64,000 nucleotides of DNA from the human T2T-CHM13v2.0 reference genome, Homo sapiens: assembly GCF_009914755.1 (NCBI RefSeq), contig NC_060944.1, one strand, 5' to 3'. Numbering within the stretch: position 1 is the first letter of the stretch; each line of letters begins with the position of its first letter. The position numbers and the translations under genes are program-made. This document shows positions 35,152 to 62,074 of the stretch, piece after piece. Below the pieces are notes generated by a model. It was not told where the DNA came from and searched no databases. It was given only the letters and a program-made list of their open reading frames with translations.

Positions 35152-37407
35152 AACATTTGTCCTGTATAGAATTGTCTGAAGTAAAGGTTTCCCTAGAAGA
35201 GAAAACGTCCTGACTGAAACCTGCAAGATGAGTAAGAACCAGGCTAAGAGTGAAGAGACAGCCAAGCAGCAGAAATAGCAGATGTAGAGGCCTGGAGGCC
35301 AGAGAGCACACAGCGTGTTCGGACTGGCCAAGAGTCAGGGGAAGATGTGGCTGGGAGAAAACGCCGAGAAGAGGTGTCACAGGGCTTACCAGCCATATTT
35401 AAAAACGTGGATTTTGTCCTCAGAGCCTCCAATCAGGCCTCCTCCATTCCATTCATTCTTTCAACACATGCCTGTTAAGCGCCAACTCTATAGGGGCCTT
35501 TTCTAAGCGATGGAACACAGCATGGAGCAGGATAATCAAGTCCCTGAAGCTCAGATTCTAGAGTCACACAAGTACATAATTACAGACGATGATGCACTAA
35601 AAGAAACATACAGGGTGAGATCCCTGTTTAACAAGCAAAGCTGATCCAGTCTTAAGGATCAGAGAAAATGTTTGAACTGAGATGGAAAAGACATAAAAGG
35701 AGTTAATCGAGAGATGGGGCTGGGGATTAAGGGATGGCAAGGGTATTAACCTAGGCAAGAGGGATAGCAAGTAAAACAACCCTATAGTGGGAGGAGGCAT
35801 GACCACTTCTAGAGACTAAATGAATCAGTCTAAGTTTAGAAACAGAAACCACTCTTGCTGTTGAAGAAAATGCTGGTCCCTGGGCTGGGTATTAGGAATG
35901 ACTCCTAGAACACCATAGAACTGCCAGGGGAGTTACTACCTCTCACAGTCAGAAAGACAGAAGCCAGGAGGCCACCACTGGAAAGGCTGAGCATGAGGAC
36001 ACAATGGTGAAGCTGCCACCCAAAGACAGGATCCTGGGATCAGAAAGTCACTGCCAATGCCACTGGCAGGACGGTGAAATGCCAAGTCCTTTCCCTGCCT
36101 CTACAAAGCCAGGGACTGTGCACTACTGTCTCCGCAACCATTTACAGGTAAAAACAGCCCAAACTGTCTGGCTTACTTATGCCTCCCTTCCATCTTTTAT
36201 GCAAATACATCTAAGTGCTAGAGCCCTAGCTGCAAGGGAGTTGGGAGATGTTTTAGCTTTCCAGCATCCGCAACATAGGAAGGCACATAGAATGGGGATG
36301 GGTGCTGTCTGTCAAAAGACAATATCCAGCACAAAAAATGTGACTGCAGTGCAGAGAAGAGGAGCTCGTGGGAGCATCTGGTAGGCCATGTTAAGAATGT
36401 GGGTCTAAGAACGACGTGCCATTGAAGGACTTGCAAGCAAGAGAGTAACATGATTAGATTGGTTATGTTTTACAAGCATCATTCAGGATAGTTGGTGGAG
36501 ACTGGGTCAGAGGAGAGCCCAAGGGGAAATACAGTATAGTTCACCCAGGTCTCTCGAGAGATGAGGACATCTTAGGCATGGAAGGCGGAGATGTACAGAG
36601 AGAAACAGCCGGGTAAAGAAATCTTTCAGAGTTTAAGTCAACAAGATTTGGAGCTATATTTGACATGGGCTGGGAGAAAGTTAAGTACCAAGGATGTTGC
36701 CCAGGTTTCTAGCTTCTGCAGTTGGATGGATGGTGGGGCTTTTCCCTGAGATGCGAAACAGAAGAGAAAATCCAAGTTTAGGGTGAAGGGCTTGAATTTG
36801 ATTTTGGATATATTGAGTTTAAGGTCTCCGTAGAGGATATCTAAGAGGAGATGTGGAGTAGGCGGTTGGATACACACAGATCTTACATTCCTAGGAGAAT
36901 TCTGGCCCTGAGAAATAAACACAGGAGTTGTACAGCTGTGGCTTTCAAACTGTTTTACCACATCCCACAGTAAGATATATATTTTACATTGCAGCCATCA
37001 TACATATGCATGTGTGTATTTATATCTAAATCTGAAATAAGCTTCCTCAAACAATATTTGCCCTGTGCATGATGCACCTTGACACTTTCTATTCCATTGC
37101 TTCATCCTTTTGTCAATGCTTATATGACGTGTTAAACTGATTTCACACTCTCCTAATGGTCAAGAGAGAAAGCAGAAGGAAAGATTATACCAACTAAGAT
37201 TGTGCCTCAAGCAACTTTGACACAGTTTTCCCTGATGGAAAAGGAGATGGTGAAAAACTAATAAGGGACAGCCAGAAAGGGAGAAGGAAAACGAGAACGT
37301 GCAGAAACACATAAACCAAGGGAGGACATTTCAGGTGGTAGGGGTTAACAACTGTGTCAAGGGCTGCAAGAGATCAAGTAAAATCAGCTCTAAGAAATGT
37401 CAATTGA

Positions 37408-37703
<296 letters not shown>

Positions 37704-38057
37704 TCAATTGAGATCAGAACTGAAGAGTGCCCTAGGATTGAGTAGTGTGGAGGTTATCAATAAGGGCCTTTTAGAGGAAAGTGATGGGGGCAGATTAAGG
37801 AGCAAATGATCTTTCTAAGATGTCAATCTGGCACGCTGACCATTTTATTCCCATGTCACGTCCTCTGGGACTCCCTTGTGCACTTCGAACCCAGCCTGGT
37901 ACCCGATCCCTTTCACAAGAGGCTCCTGGACTCCTTTCCAACCTTACTCTCAGCCAGATTGCCCATTACATCCCTTTATGTCAACTCCAGTTACGGCTGA
38001 CAAACAGCAACCAGAAAGAATTTTGGAGTATGGAGTGGTACAAGACCAAGCTAAGGG

Positions 38058-39193
38058 GCCAGGTGCAATGGTTCATGCCTGTAATCCTAGCACTTTGGGA
38101 GGCCTAGGCAAGTGGATCGCTTGAGGTCAGGAGTTCGAGACCAGCCTGGCCAACATGGTGAAATCCTGTCTCTACTAAAAATACAAAAAAAATTAGCCAT
38201 GTATGGTGGCATGCACCTGTAGTCCCAGCTACTCAGGAGGCTGAGGCAGGAGAACTGCTTGAACCTGGTGATACAGGAAGGGAAGTGCTGGGAAGGGAAG
38301 GGCACAGTCCCTTTAAATGACATGGAAGGGAGAAAGGGCGTGGTCCCTGGCTAGGGCTCCACCCCAGCCTGTGCCCATGGACCTAGGTGAGGACAGGCAT
38401 TTTTGTTTTCCTGCCCAAATGTTGCATTTCCCAAGACCACCCTGGCCGGCCACGCCCCCATCCTGTGCCTATAAAAACCCTAGCAGGCAGACACACAGGT
38501 AACTGGACGGCTAGAGGAGCACATCAGTGGAGGAACACACAAGCGGCTGGACGTCGAGAGGAACGCACCGACAGGCACTGACACACCAGCACACCACAGG
38601 CCATCGACCAACAGAACTATGCAGAGTTTGGCTGGGGCAGTCGGAGGGGAGCCTGGGCCACTGAACAGTCCAACTCCAGGGGAAAACCTTCTCACTCCAT
38701 CCCCTTCTGGCTTCCTCCATCTGCTGAGAGATACCTCCACTCAATAAAACCTTGCACTAATTCTTCAAGCCCAGGTGTGATCCAATTCTTCTGGTACACC
38801 AAGGCAAGAACCCAGGATACAGAAAGCCCTCTGTCCTTGCAACAAGGTAGAGTGTCTAATTGAGCTGGTTAACACAAGCCACCTATAGATGGCAAAACTA
38901 AGAGCATACGGTAGCATAAGCCCATTGGGGCTTCAGGAGCTGTAAACATCCACCACTAGACACTCGTGGGGTCGGAGCCCCACAACCTGCCCATCTGTAT
39001 GCTCCCCTAGAGGTTTGAGCAGCAGGACACTGAAGAAGTGAGCCACTCCCCCTGTCACACGCACTGGGACGGGGACAAGGGAACTTTTCCCGTTTCAGTG
39101 GGAGGCAGAGGTTGCAGTGAGCCAAGATTGTGCCACACTGCACTCTAGCCTGGGCAACAGAGCGAGACTCCATCTCTAAATAAATAAATAAAA
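38058..39193 (+). mobile_element. AluS interrupted by LTR
   Basis: Alu halves flank the LTR; TSD GACCAAGCTAAGGG on both sides. Confidence 0.9.
38269..39097 (+). mobile_element. Solo ERV LTR (ERV1 class, LTR1-like), nested in an Alu
   Basis: TG...CA termini, TATAAAA 38470, AATAAA 38743, 4-bp TSD CTGG/GTGG; splits the Alu at GAACCYGG|GAGGC. Confidence 0.85.
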
Positions 39194-39412
39194 GGACCAA
39201 GCTAAGGGTGAGGAGACGTCAGATCATGCTGAGTTGAGGGTGGGGGCGCCACAGGAGTGCACCAAACGTGTACAAAGGCACTGATACATACAGCCCCATT
39301 TGCTGGCTTGTCAATGTGACTAAGATTTGGGGTAGGACATAGTAAAAGAAAATAAACACAGATATATTATGGAACAGAATGTAAACTTTGCAGAGTTTTA
39401 AATAAAATATGA

Positions 39413-40510
<1,098 letters not shown>

Positions 40511-40949
40511 ACAAATTATATGTATTAATATGGAACAATCTCTAAGACACATTATTAAATGAAAAAAAGCAAGATATGGTATCCTACAGTTTACATTTTT
40601 TAATGTTGGAATAAATACATACATACCCTCAGCACCATAGGAAAGATTTTAAAAAAGAAAAAATATATATACATATGCTTATTTTTGTACAAATATGTAA
40701 CACTGGAAGGATATTAATGAAATTCGTAATTTGTAACTTTGGAGAACTGGATATTTGGGGTTTGGGATAAAAGGAAAGTTTATTTTCCACTGTGTATCCC
40801 TGCTTTTAAAAAAATATTTCATCTATTATCTCTAACAACAACAAAAACAACTTTTAACAACAAAAATAAATGCAAAACACAAGACTTCAACGAAATTCCT
40901 ATAGACTTTAGAGAGACAGGAGTCCATCTCCTCTATCTTTAAAAATAAA

Positions 40950-41258
40950 GGCCGGGCTTAGTGGCTCATGCCTGTAATTCCAACACTTTGGGAAGCCAAG
41001 GCAGGAGGACTGCTTGAGCCCAGGAGTTTGAGGCCAGCTGAGGCAACACAGGGATATCCTGTCTCTACAAAAAAAAACAAATCGTTGGGTGTGGTGGTAC
41101 ATGCCTGTGGTCCCAGCTACTTGGGAGGCTGAAACAGGAGGATCACTTGAGGTTGAGGCTGCAGTGAGCCGTGATGGCACCACTGCACTCCAGCCTGGGC
41201 CGCAGAGTGAGACCCTGTCTCTAAAAATAAAATAAAATAAAATAAAAATAAAAAATAA
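40950..41258 (+). mobile_element. Alu (J-type)
   Basis: Alu consensus. Confidence 0.9.
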
Positions 41259-43739
41259 GAACTTTGATGGAAGAGTTTAAGAAATTCTATAGCAGACAAC
41301 ACATTGGTCTCCCTGCTTCCAGGCTCCCTCTCCTTCCAACCATGGAATCCACCCCAAAACAAAACTTGATCACATTTCTCCCCCGCTTAAAGAACTTCAA
41401 AGATTTTGCGTCCTCCCTGGTGTTCACCAGGGCCTGCCTGACCAGCCCTGCCTCCTCTGGGCCTCCTCTCTTGTCGGGCCTCCCCCCCTTACCCTGGCTT
41501 GGCTTCCCCTTCTGCTCCAGCTGGTCATTCCTGGAAGCAGATCTCTTCCTCCCCTACCCATGGTTAATCCTTACCTGCCTGGGGCACTCAGCTCTAATGC
41601 TGCTTCCTAACTAGAGCCTACCCTAACATCCTATATCAGACCCTCTTACACCGTCCGTTACCTCCCTGGCCTCTCCTTCAGCAGTTACTCGGGTGCAATG
41701 ATATACCTATTTGTGCCATGGTTTGATTGATATCTGCCTCTGCCTCTCCACTTTGAGCTCCCTGAGGGCAGGAACCAGTCTCTTTTGGCTCACGGTTATA
41801 GCTTGAGCAATTAGCACTATGCCTGGCACAGAGTAAAGCCTAATAAATATTTATTGCATGCATGATCTAGAATCACTTGGCTGAGGTTACAGATTAAGAC
41901 ACGTGTCTACTTGTCCTTCTTTAATATACTTAACATACCTTAGCACTCTGTCATTGACACATACTGAACAAGGGCTTATTCATTCATCTTTTAAAAGCTA
42001 ACTCACTCTTTTAGTTTTCCCACCTTTGATAAGGGAGGATAGGACCTGGGAGGTCAGGCCCTCGGTTTACTAACTCATCCTCCTCTATTTCTCTGAGAGC
42101 ATAAAATCACTGGAAGTCAGCCAGCATGCCCCATGGCACTGTGAGGCACAGGGGAGAAGCACCAGGCTCCTGGATTCTGAATGCGTGGCTTTGAAGCCTG
42201 GCAAGAGTGGCCCCTTCCCTGAGTCCCCCACCACCCCTCCCCTTGGGGCGAGGATTCTGCAGGCATGAGAAGTGCCCACCCAGAGTCTGTGCCTATGCCT
42301 TCTAGAACACGCTCTGATACCCCATAATTCCCTTCCAAAATGTCACTAAGTTAATTCACAGGGCTCTTTGTGGGCCTCATCCCTGGCTTCATCTCACCTG
42401 AGGGCAAACTATACTGCCTGATGCACATCTTATAGACCTGAGCCTTGGGCCTCAAGATAGCTGTTTGCAGGTGACAGCTAGGTGTTGACCCATGCGTGCT
42501 AGCTCCATCACTGATGGGATGAGAGGTAGCTGGATAAGGGATGGATACAGGTTCCAGGGGACAGGTCTCCTTGGGCCTACACATTCTGGCACATAACTCC
42601 AAGGGTCTTAGAATTCTAATTTGAACATGGCCTTCCAGGTTGTTAGAGGATATATCCATCAAGGAAGAAAACAGAACATATTTCATTTAACACTTGCTGG
42701 ACTGTTGTATAATTTCTAACTATAGAGACATATGGTATATGGGCCTCCAACTCTACTCTTGTTCTGAGCCCCACAAATGCCCATTTGGTTCTGTCATTTC
42801 TTTGCATAGACAAGCTACATAACCTCTCTGAACTTCAGTTTCCTGAGCAGGAAAATGGGTCTATGGTAATAACTACATTATCAGGGCTGGTGAGAAAATG
42901 AAATAAAATAATCCATGTCAAGGGCTTGAGAAGAATGCCCTCTGGCTGTCGTCTCCTATGACTTCCTGTATGATCTCCAAACTGCTCTCTTTGCAGGGTT
43001 TCAACACGGCTGCTCCCTCCTGCCTCCTCACCCACAGCCAATAACCTCCCCATTCTCTCCACCTAGTCAAATCCCACCGTCTTCAATTGTGATAATAGCT
43101 GGTTGATTGCACGTTTACTACGTTTCAGGCATTGTATTAAGAACTTTCCATGCATTAACTCAGTTCTGACACCAACTCGATGAAGCAGGCACTGTTTATT
43201 ATTCCCCAAACACAAAGACACAGGGATCTGGAGACTGGAAGCACTGGCGGCTGCAAGTGGCAGGGCTGGCGGGGTGTGAAGCCGGAGAGGAGTCTTTCTG
43301 CAGTCAGGCCTCCCAAATCCCGGGATGGAATCAAGGAGCCTTTGGCTGTCCCACCCCTCCTCCTCCAAGCCCCCAAATCCAAGTCTGTTATATCCCGTCA
43401 GCTCTGCGGGCCTGCCTGTGACTTTCAGCCCAAGGGGGCGGGCACTTCGTGTCACGCCACGTTGTCCACATCATCGACCCTCCCTCCCCTTCTCCCCTTC
43501 CTTCCTTCCCTCCCTCTCTTCCTCCCATTGAGTGCCAGTTCTGTGCCAAGCTTTGCTGTTCAAAATGTTACGAGTGGAGAAGTCAGGGAAGGATGGAATT
43601 ATAGGTGTTTCTTCTTCATACCTTTCTGTTTGGCTGATTTTTTTTCAAATGAGCACGCAGGCCCGGTTCCTCAAACCCACTTCCAATGTGGCATTGCTGG
43701 GTTGGTTTGGTCCAAGGAAAGCCCTGTCTCCTTAACTCC

Positions 43740-44060
43740 CAGCCCCCACGCCTCCTCCGCCGGCCCCCAAATCCAGGCCGCCCTGCCCCCTCCGGAAAGG
43801 GGAGTTGGGGGCGAGCGCCGAAATCTGAGTGGCTCTTTCAAGCCTCCGTTGCCATAGAAACCGGCCGCACAGGCCGATGCTGTCCATTACACCATCCTCT
43901 AGCCTCGCAGCCAATGGACTCCGAGCTCCATCGCCAGAGGCCCCGCCCCCCAGCTCTGGGGAGTCCACCAATCAGCAGGTCCCGTGACTTAGAGCCCTGC
44001 CCTCGGCCCAGGGACACCACCAATGCGCTTCGACCCTGCCCTCCTTCTCTTCGGTGTAAC
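43740..44060. promoter_or_regulatory. Orphan promoter-like element (RFX X-box, 3 CCAAT, GC boxes)
   Basis: GTTGCCATAGAAAC 43848-43861; CCAAT at 43911, 43968, 44020; GGCCCCGCCCCC ~43939; local CpG enrichment. Confidence 0.65.
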
Positions 44061-44619
44061 AAGAAGACTCGATATTTTTTTTTTTTTTTTTAGGAATTCT
44101 CCAGATCAGAAGGAATTGGCAGTAAGGCCTCTGTCAGCTGCACCCTGAATAATCTTTGGCTGCTATTTTATTTAAGGAGAGCAAAACTGTTTCAATTACG
44201 CAACAATATATACCATTCTCTACTAAAACAATTTTAGGAAATGAAAATGTAGGCAATGGGATGATATAGTCTGCTCTATATGAATGTCTTTCATTATAGG
44301 TATTTTAATTTAACTTAAAATGATCAAGGAACTAGTCATCTTTCCTTTGTATTTCAAATGCATACAAAATTAAAGATACCGAGTTTTTTGATGCAGAGTT
44401 CATGAGACATTGACTTAATTAGTTGGTAGGCAACTTTTACTGAACCATCTAATTCCTGGTTGAGAACATTACAACTGGAGGATAAATGAATATTTCTCTG
44501 AATCCATGGAAGAAATTCTGTTTTTGAGGCGGGCTGCGTAAATGGCTCTGACACTCTGGAGTCTAAATAAACCAAATGTGTTTTTAAAACCTGTTTGCCA
44601 TTACAAAAAAAAAACTTCA

Positions 44620-50095
<5,476 letters not shown>

Positions 50096-50271
50096 TTTTT
50101 TTTTAATGTTCTGGAAGAATCAGGATAGACATTACCTCAGGTGAAGGAAGGCAGGAGATGGGATGGTAAAGGAATTCATTGGGGAAAACAGGTTATCAAT
50201 GTTCCAGTTCTTGTGTCAGATTGCTGACTCCACAGATTTTTATTATGTTATGTAAAAATAAATACACACAG

Positions 50272-54770
<4,499 letters not shown>

Positions 54771-54880
54771 TCATCCTGCAATAAAAAAACTGTCCCTGGC
54801 TCCCCACAACCCAGGGAACTCCATAACTTGGCTTCTGAGGACCAACTACCGTATTGCCCTTCAGCTCCAGCTCAACATAA

Positions 54881-57273
<2,393 letters not shown>

Positions 57274-57499
57274 TGAGGGAGAAACTGAATTATCCCCATT
57301 TTCAGGATAAGGAAAAGGAGGGACTGGGAATGTGAACTCAGGAAGTGTGACTCCATCGGGTAGACTGCTCAGGCTGCAGATGTAAAGGTTTTACACGTAG
57401 GCTTTTCCAGATCTCAGCTTCTGAAAGGCGGAGGGACCGTTTGGACGGGAGCAGGGCCTCCTCTTCCAAGCACCCTGTGCCTTTAAGAGTCGCCCCCTC

Positions 57500-60400
57500 C
57501 CTCCAGGGATGCTCCAATTTCTTTCTCCCCACCACCCCCACCCCGCCCCCCGCGCCGCGGAGCCGCACCTCGGTCCTTCCTCCCCGCCCCACACCCTCAA
57601 GCTCGGCTCTTGGCCTTCGCTCGTCCAGAAGTGGGTGAGCTGTACCGCCAGAGGCGCATTCTCCTAGCCCCAAACCATGCCCGCTACGCCCCAGCGGAAT
57701 GCCACCTTAAAGACCCTAATCCGGGCACCTCCCAGCTCCTGCTTCCCAAGGGCGAGGCCTCAGCGCCCCCTCCCATCGCCCATGCTCACGACGCCGTGAA
57801 GGTGACCTCCCCCAGGGGCGGCACACGCCCAGTGGTGCCCGAACTGGCTCACACGTGGTGAGCCGGGAGCGCGCGGCCCCTCCCCGCCACGCGCCTCGTG
57901 CCGGCCACCCGGCCACGCCCCCAGGACTGGCTCCGCCCCGTGCCCCTGCACGCTTCTCCAGGCTTGGGTGGGGCGACGCGCCCAAGTCGGGCACCGGGCA
58001 GGCTACGGGGTGGGGTAGGACCTGGGAATGGCGCACCCACGCATCCTCGAATGTCGCCTGCGGTTTGTGAAAAGCGGGAAGTCCGCCCAGCTCAGGACCT
58101 TTGGCTGGCAGGCGAGGTGCCCCGCGGCCCTTGGTGCTGAGCAGGGGAGAGACAGCTGGGACCGCGAGCCTGGGAATCGAATCCTAGTCTGCGTGTCCTC
58201 GGTGCTTCCTATTTGGAAACTGGGCATCATATTATCATATTCCCTTCTCCCTCCGGATTCTTATGGAGCTTCGAACGAGATTAAATATACATATATATGA
58301 GAAAGGGATTTGTTCACTAGGTCCAAAAGCATTTGCTGGTCCCATATGTGGTCGGACCCTGTGTGTAGTAGGCGGGGGGCAACATCTACGACAACCTGAG
58401 TTCGTCCCCTTAAGAAGCTTTCCTGAGTCTTGGGCCCCCCAAATTCTCTTCTGGGATGGTCCGAAAAGACGTCCCTGAAAGAGGAAAGGGCGGAAATCCT
58501 ACCTGACGGCAGGTGTCTCGGAATGAGCTAAAATTTAAAAGGCAACGCGGGGCAGGGACAAGCGTCCAGCGTCAGATGGAAGCAGGCTCGCGTCCCCTAC
58601 CCTTCCTCCAACCCCTAACCTAAGAAAAGAAACCGATCTCGCCGGTCTCCCCCAATCCTAGCCGCGAGACCGCCCAGCCCCGCAGCCCGAGCCCCGCCCC
58701 GCTCCGGCGGCCAGCGATTGGGAGATGCAAATACCGGCTTCTCTGCCCAGCAACGGGTGACGCGGCGCCCGAGCGCGAGGCGGGGCCCGGCCGCAGCCCA
58801 AGCGGGCACCTCGGTGTTTACACGGGGCGGCCCCGCGCGCGCCGCAGCGGCCCGCAGACGGCGAGGGGGAGGGGTGGTGCGCGCGCCGGCGGGGCCGCGC
58901 GGGGAGAAAGACACTGAAAGGCGTCGGCGGCCGGGCGGGGAGCGGCGCGCGCGGGCCGCGGCGGAGCCAGAGGCTGCAGGAAGAGCCCGCGGGGGCCCGG
59001 AGGGTGCGATTCCTCGGCCCCCGCAAAACAATGTGTGTTGTGAGCCAGGACGCAACTTGCCGGAGGCGGCGGGGGCGCGCCGAGCCCGCCTGAGACCGCG
59101 CTGACCTTCTCCCCCCGCCGTCCGTTGGGCCCGAGCGCCCAGCTCCTCGCTCCCCAGTTCGCGGGGGCCGGGCCGAGCCGCGGGGCGGGGCCGCCCCTCC
59201 GTCGCCGCTGCCTCCTCCCCCACCCCCAGCCGCGGAGGATGCGGACGGCCCCCGGCGGCGTCTAGCGGCCCCGGGCCCAGGCGCGATGGTGCAGCAGCGG
59301 GGCGCGAGGGCCAAGCGGGACGGCGGGCCGCCGCCCCCGGGACCCGGGCCGGCCGAGGAGGGGGCGCGCGAGCCCGGCTGGTGCAAGACCCCGAGCGGCC
59401 ACATCAAGAGGCCGATGAACGCATTCATGGTGTGGTCGCAGCACGAACGGCGGAAGATCATGGACCAGTGGCCCGACATGCACAACGCCGAGATCTCCAA
59501 GCGCCTGGGCCGCCGCTGGCAGCTGCTGCAGGACTCGGAGAAGATCCCGTTCGTGCGGGAGGCGGAGCGGCTGCGGCTCAAGCACATGGCGGATTACCCG
59601 GACTACAAGTACCGGCCGCGCAAAAAGAGCAAGGGGGCGCCCGCCAAGGCGCGGCCCCGCCCCCCCGGTGGTAGCGGTGGCGGCAGCCGGCTCAAGCCCG
59701 GGCCGCAGCTGCCTGGCCGCGGGGGCCGCCGAGCAGCGGGAGGGCCTTTGGGGGGCGGGGCGGCGGCGCCCGAGGACGACGATGAAGACGACGACGAGGA
59801 GCTGCTGGAAGTGCGCCTGGTCGAGACCCCGGGGCGGGAGCTGTGGAGGATGGTCCCGGCGGGACGGGCCGCTCGGGGACAAGCGGAGCGCGCCCAAGGG
59901 CCGTCGGGCGAGGGGGCGGCCGCCGCCGCCGCCGCCTCCCCGACACCGTCGGAGGACGAGGAGCCGGAGGAAGAGGAGGAGGAGGCGGCAGCGGCTGAGG
60001 AAGGTGAAGAGGAGACGGTGGCGTCGGGGGAGGAGTCGCTGGGCTTTCTGTCCAGGCTGCCCCCTGGCCCGGCCGGCCTGGACTGCAGCGCCCTGGATCG
60101 CGACCCGGACCTGCAGCCTCCCTCGGGCACGTCGCACTTCGAGTTCCCGGACTACTGCACCCCCGAGGTTACCGAGATGATCGCGGGGGACTGGCGCCCG
60201 TCTAGCATCGCAGACCTGGTTTTCACCTACTGAGCCCACCGTCAGCGGGGCGCGCACGCCCCCAAACCAGCTGTTTACATACAGGAATCAGGTATTGGGG
60301 CCCCTCGGAGGCCGAGGCTGGCACCCCATCTCCCGCGCAGCCTGCCCCCTCCTGGACGTGCCCATCCCCCCTCAGATCCAGACATGCCCCTCCCCCGCAG

Positions 60401-60950
60401 ACACACCCCAAGGCAGCCCAACCCCCACCCCTTCCCCGACACCCAAGCCCCTCCCCACGTCGCCCCCTCCTGCACAGCCACCAGCAGCCAGCCCCCTCCG
60501 ATACACCTCCCGTCCTCTCCTACAGACCTGCACCCCTCCCCCCTTTTGCACACGCCCCTCCTCGTGGCCGGAGGACCCGCCCCCTCCTTTGCTCCGGAAT
60601 CTCTCCTCCCTCGCCCGGCCCGCCTTCTCTGGGTTAGGGGGGCGATGCGGCCGGGTGGCAACGCACGCGCCTCCTGCGCCCCTCCCTTCCCTGGGGGGAG
60701 GGGCGCACCCCTTTTATCCCCGGAGCGCTAGGGCCCGCCCCTCCGCTGGGGCCCACCCCCTTCGTGCGCATGCTTAATGCTTCTGGGGAGGAGGGGGCTG
60801 GTCCCAGCGGAGCCGCACTCTTCGCCCGCTCCGGGCAAAAGCGGGGGCGAGTGTAGAGCGATCCTGGGAAATCCTTTGATCCGGGAGCCCTAGGTTTCCT
60901 CTCCAGCCAACGGGGCGTCGCTGCCTTAATGGGAGGAGCACTCGGAAGGG
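57500..60950. promoter_or_regulatory. SOX12 CpG island(s) / promoter
   Basis: Dense CpG at 57540-58200 and 58560-60950, GC boxes, E-box CACGTG 57852-57857. Confidence 0.85.
59286..60233 (+). CDS. SOX12: SRY-box transcription factor 12 (SoxC group), intronless, 315 aa
   Basis: HMG box ([38 protein letters not shown]...[12 protein letters not shown]), acidic tracts, SoxC C-terminal motif [21 protein letters not shown]...DLVFTY. Confidence 0.98.
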   Translation: MVQQRGARAKRDGGPPPPGPGPAEEGAREPGWCKTPSGHIKRPMNAFMVWSQHERRKIMDQWPDMHNAEISKRLGRRWQLLQDSEKIPFVREAERLRLKHMADYPDYKYRPRKKSKGAPAKARPRPPGGSGGGSRLKPGPQLPGRGGRRAAGGPLGGGAAAPEDDDEDDDEELLEVRLVETPGRELWRMVPAGRAARGQAERAQGPSGEGAAAAAAASPTPSEDEEPEEEEEEAAAAEEGEEETVASGEESLGFLSRLPPGPAGLDCSALDRDPDLQPPSGTSHFEFPDYCTPEVTEMIAGDWRPSSIADLVFTY

Positions 60951-62068
60951 TTGGTTTGGGCCTGAAACTCTCCCAAGTGGCATAGCCCCTTTTCCGGTAT
61001 GGGGTCTCCTACACCCACGCGCACCACCTCTCCGGTCGCGTGGCTGCCTCTACAGCCTACCTATACGTCCCTTTTTCCCCCCAACTGGGAATTGAGAGGT
61101 AAGGTCTTTCTCTGGAAATCCAGCAGTAGAGGAAGGGACCACCCAAGAAAACTAAAAACCAAGGCACCTTACCAGTCTGTCTGGGGACAGGATCCCTGCT
61201 GCACCTTCCCCACCCCCTCCTGGGAAGTGCCCCCTCACCTCAGGGCACCCGCAACCTGGGCTCCTCCCTGAGCGCACCGGCCCTTCCTGTCACCCAGGTC
61301 CACCCTCAGTACTCAAGCTGCAGTATACAGCGGGAAAAACTGAGGCACTTTGGTGCTAGGGGTTTGGGACTGAGGCGTGGAGAGCAGATGTGATGGCAGG
61401 AAGACTCTCGCTTTTAAACATCTGGTTTGGGAGAGACCATCGACTTGGCCAGTGAGACTGAGAATGGATTCCGAGTAGTGATGGGCCGTTTGCACCTCGG
61501 TTTTTCCACGTGAGAAATGGGGAGAACGCTGCTGTTAGGAGGAAGTTGTGTCCAGTTCAGGGTGCCCTCGGGAGCCCTGTCCCTGTTGCTGTGGCCCCTC
61601 TCACGCCGCCATCTCTCTGCCCCGCCCCGCCCCTCCGGCCTCCCCACACCCCCCTTGCCCTCACTACCTGTATCTCACCGGCGTGTGTTCACCCTCCCGG
61701 GTGGCTCACACACTCTCATTCACACACACAAATCTCAGGAACAAACGGTCCCAGAGTCCTCCGGACCCCTGCCCAGGGTCTCTGCAGGTCTCTGCCCCAC
61801 GCGTTCCCGTCGCTGACAAAGCCACCAGCTGCCTCCTTTAAGCTTGGTGCTCCGGCTCTGGGCCTTTCTTGCGCTCTATTTTTTTTTTTTTTTTTTTAAG
61901 AAAAACAACAACAACAAAAAAAGACAATGAAAAAAAAAACGTCATGTGAGTGAAGAGATGTCACTGTCTGTGGTCTTGGAGAACTAGTCTCGTAGCTGAG
62001 GGGTGGGGTCCCTCTGTCTGGGGCACTGGCACCCACAGCAGGACTCCGCCAGTCTGATGCCAGGACTG

Positions 62069-62074
62069 AATAAA
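62069..62074 (+). terminator. SOX12 proximal polyadenylation signal (candidate)
   Basis: AATAAA followed by GU-rich sequence. Confidence 0.5.

Noticed and set aside
43180-43857. 225-aa + strand ORF
   Set aside because: Begins in MIR-like sequence, runs through low-complexity and promoter DNA, and has no recognisable domain.
58615-60777. Antisense and alternative-frame ORFs of 100-330 aa around SOX12
   Set aside because: Expected shadows of very GC-rich coding/CpG-island DNA; low complexity, no recognisable domain.
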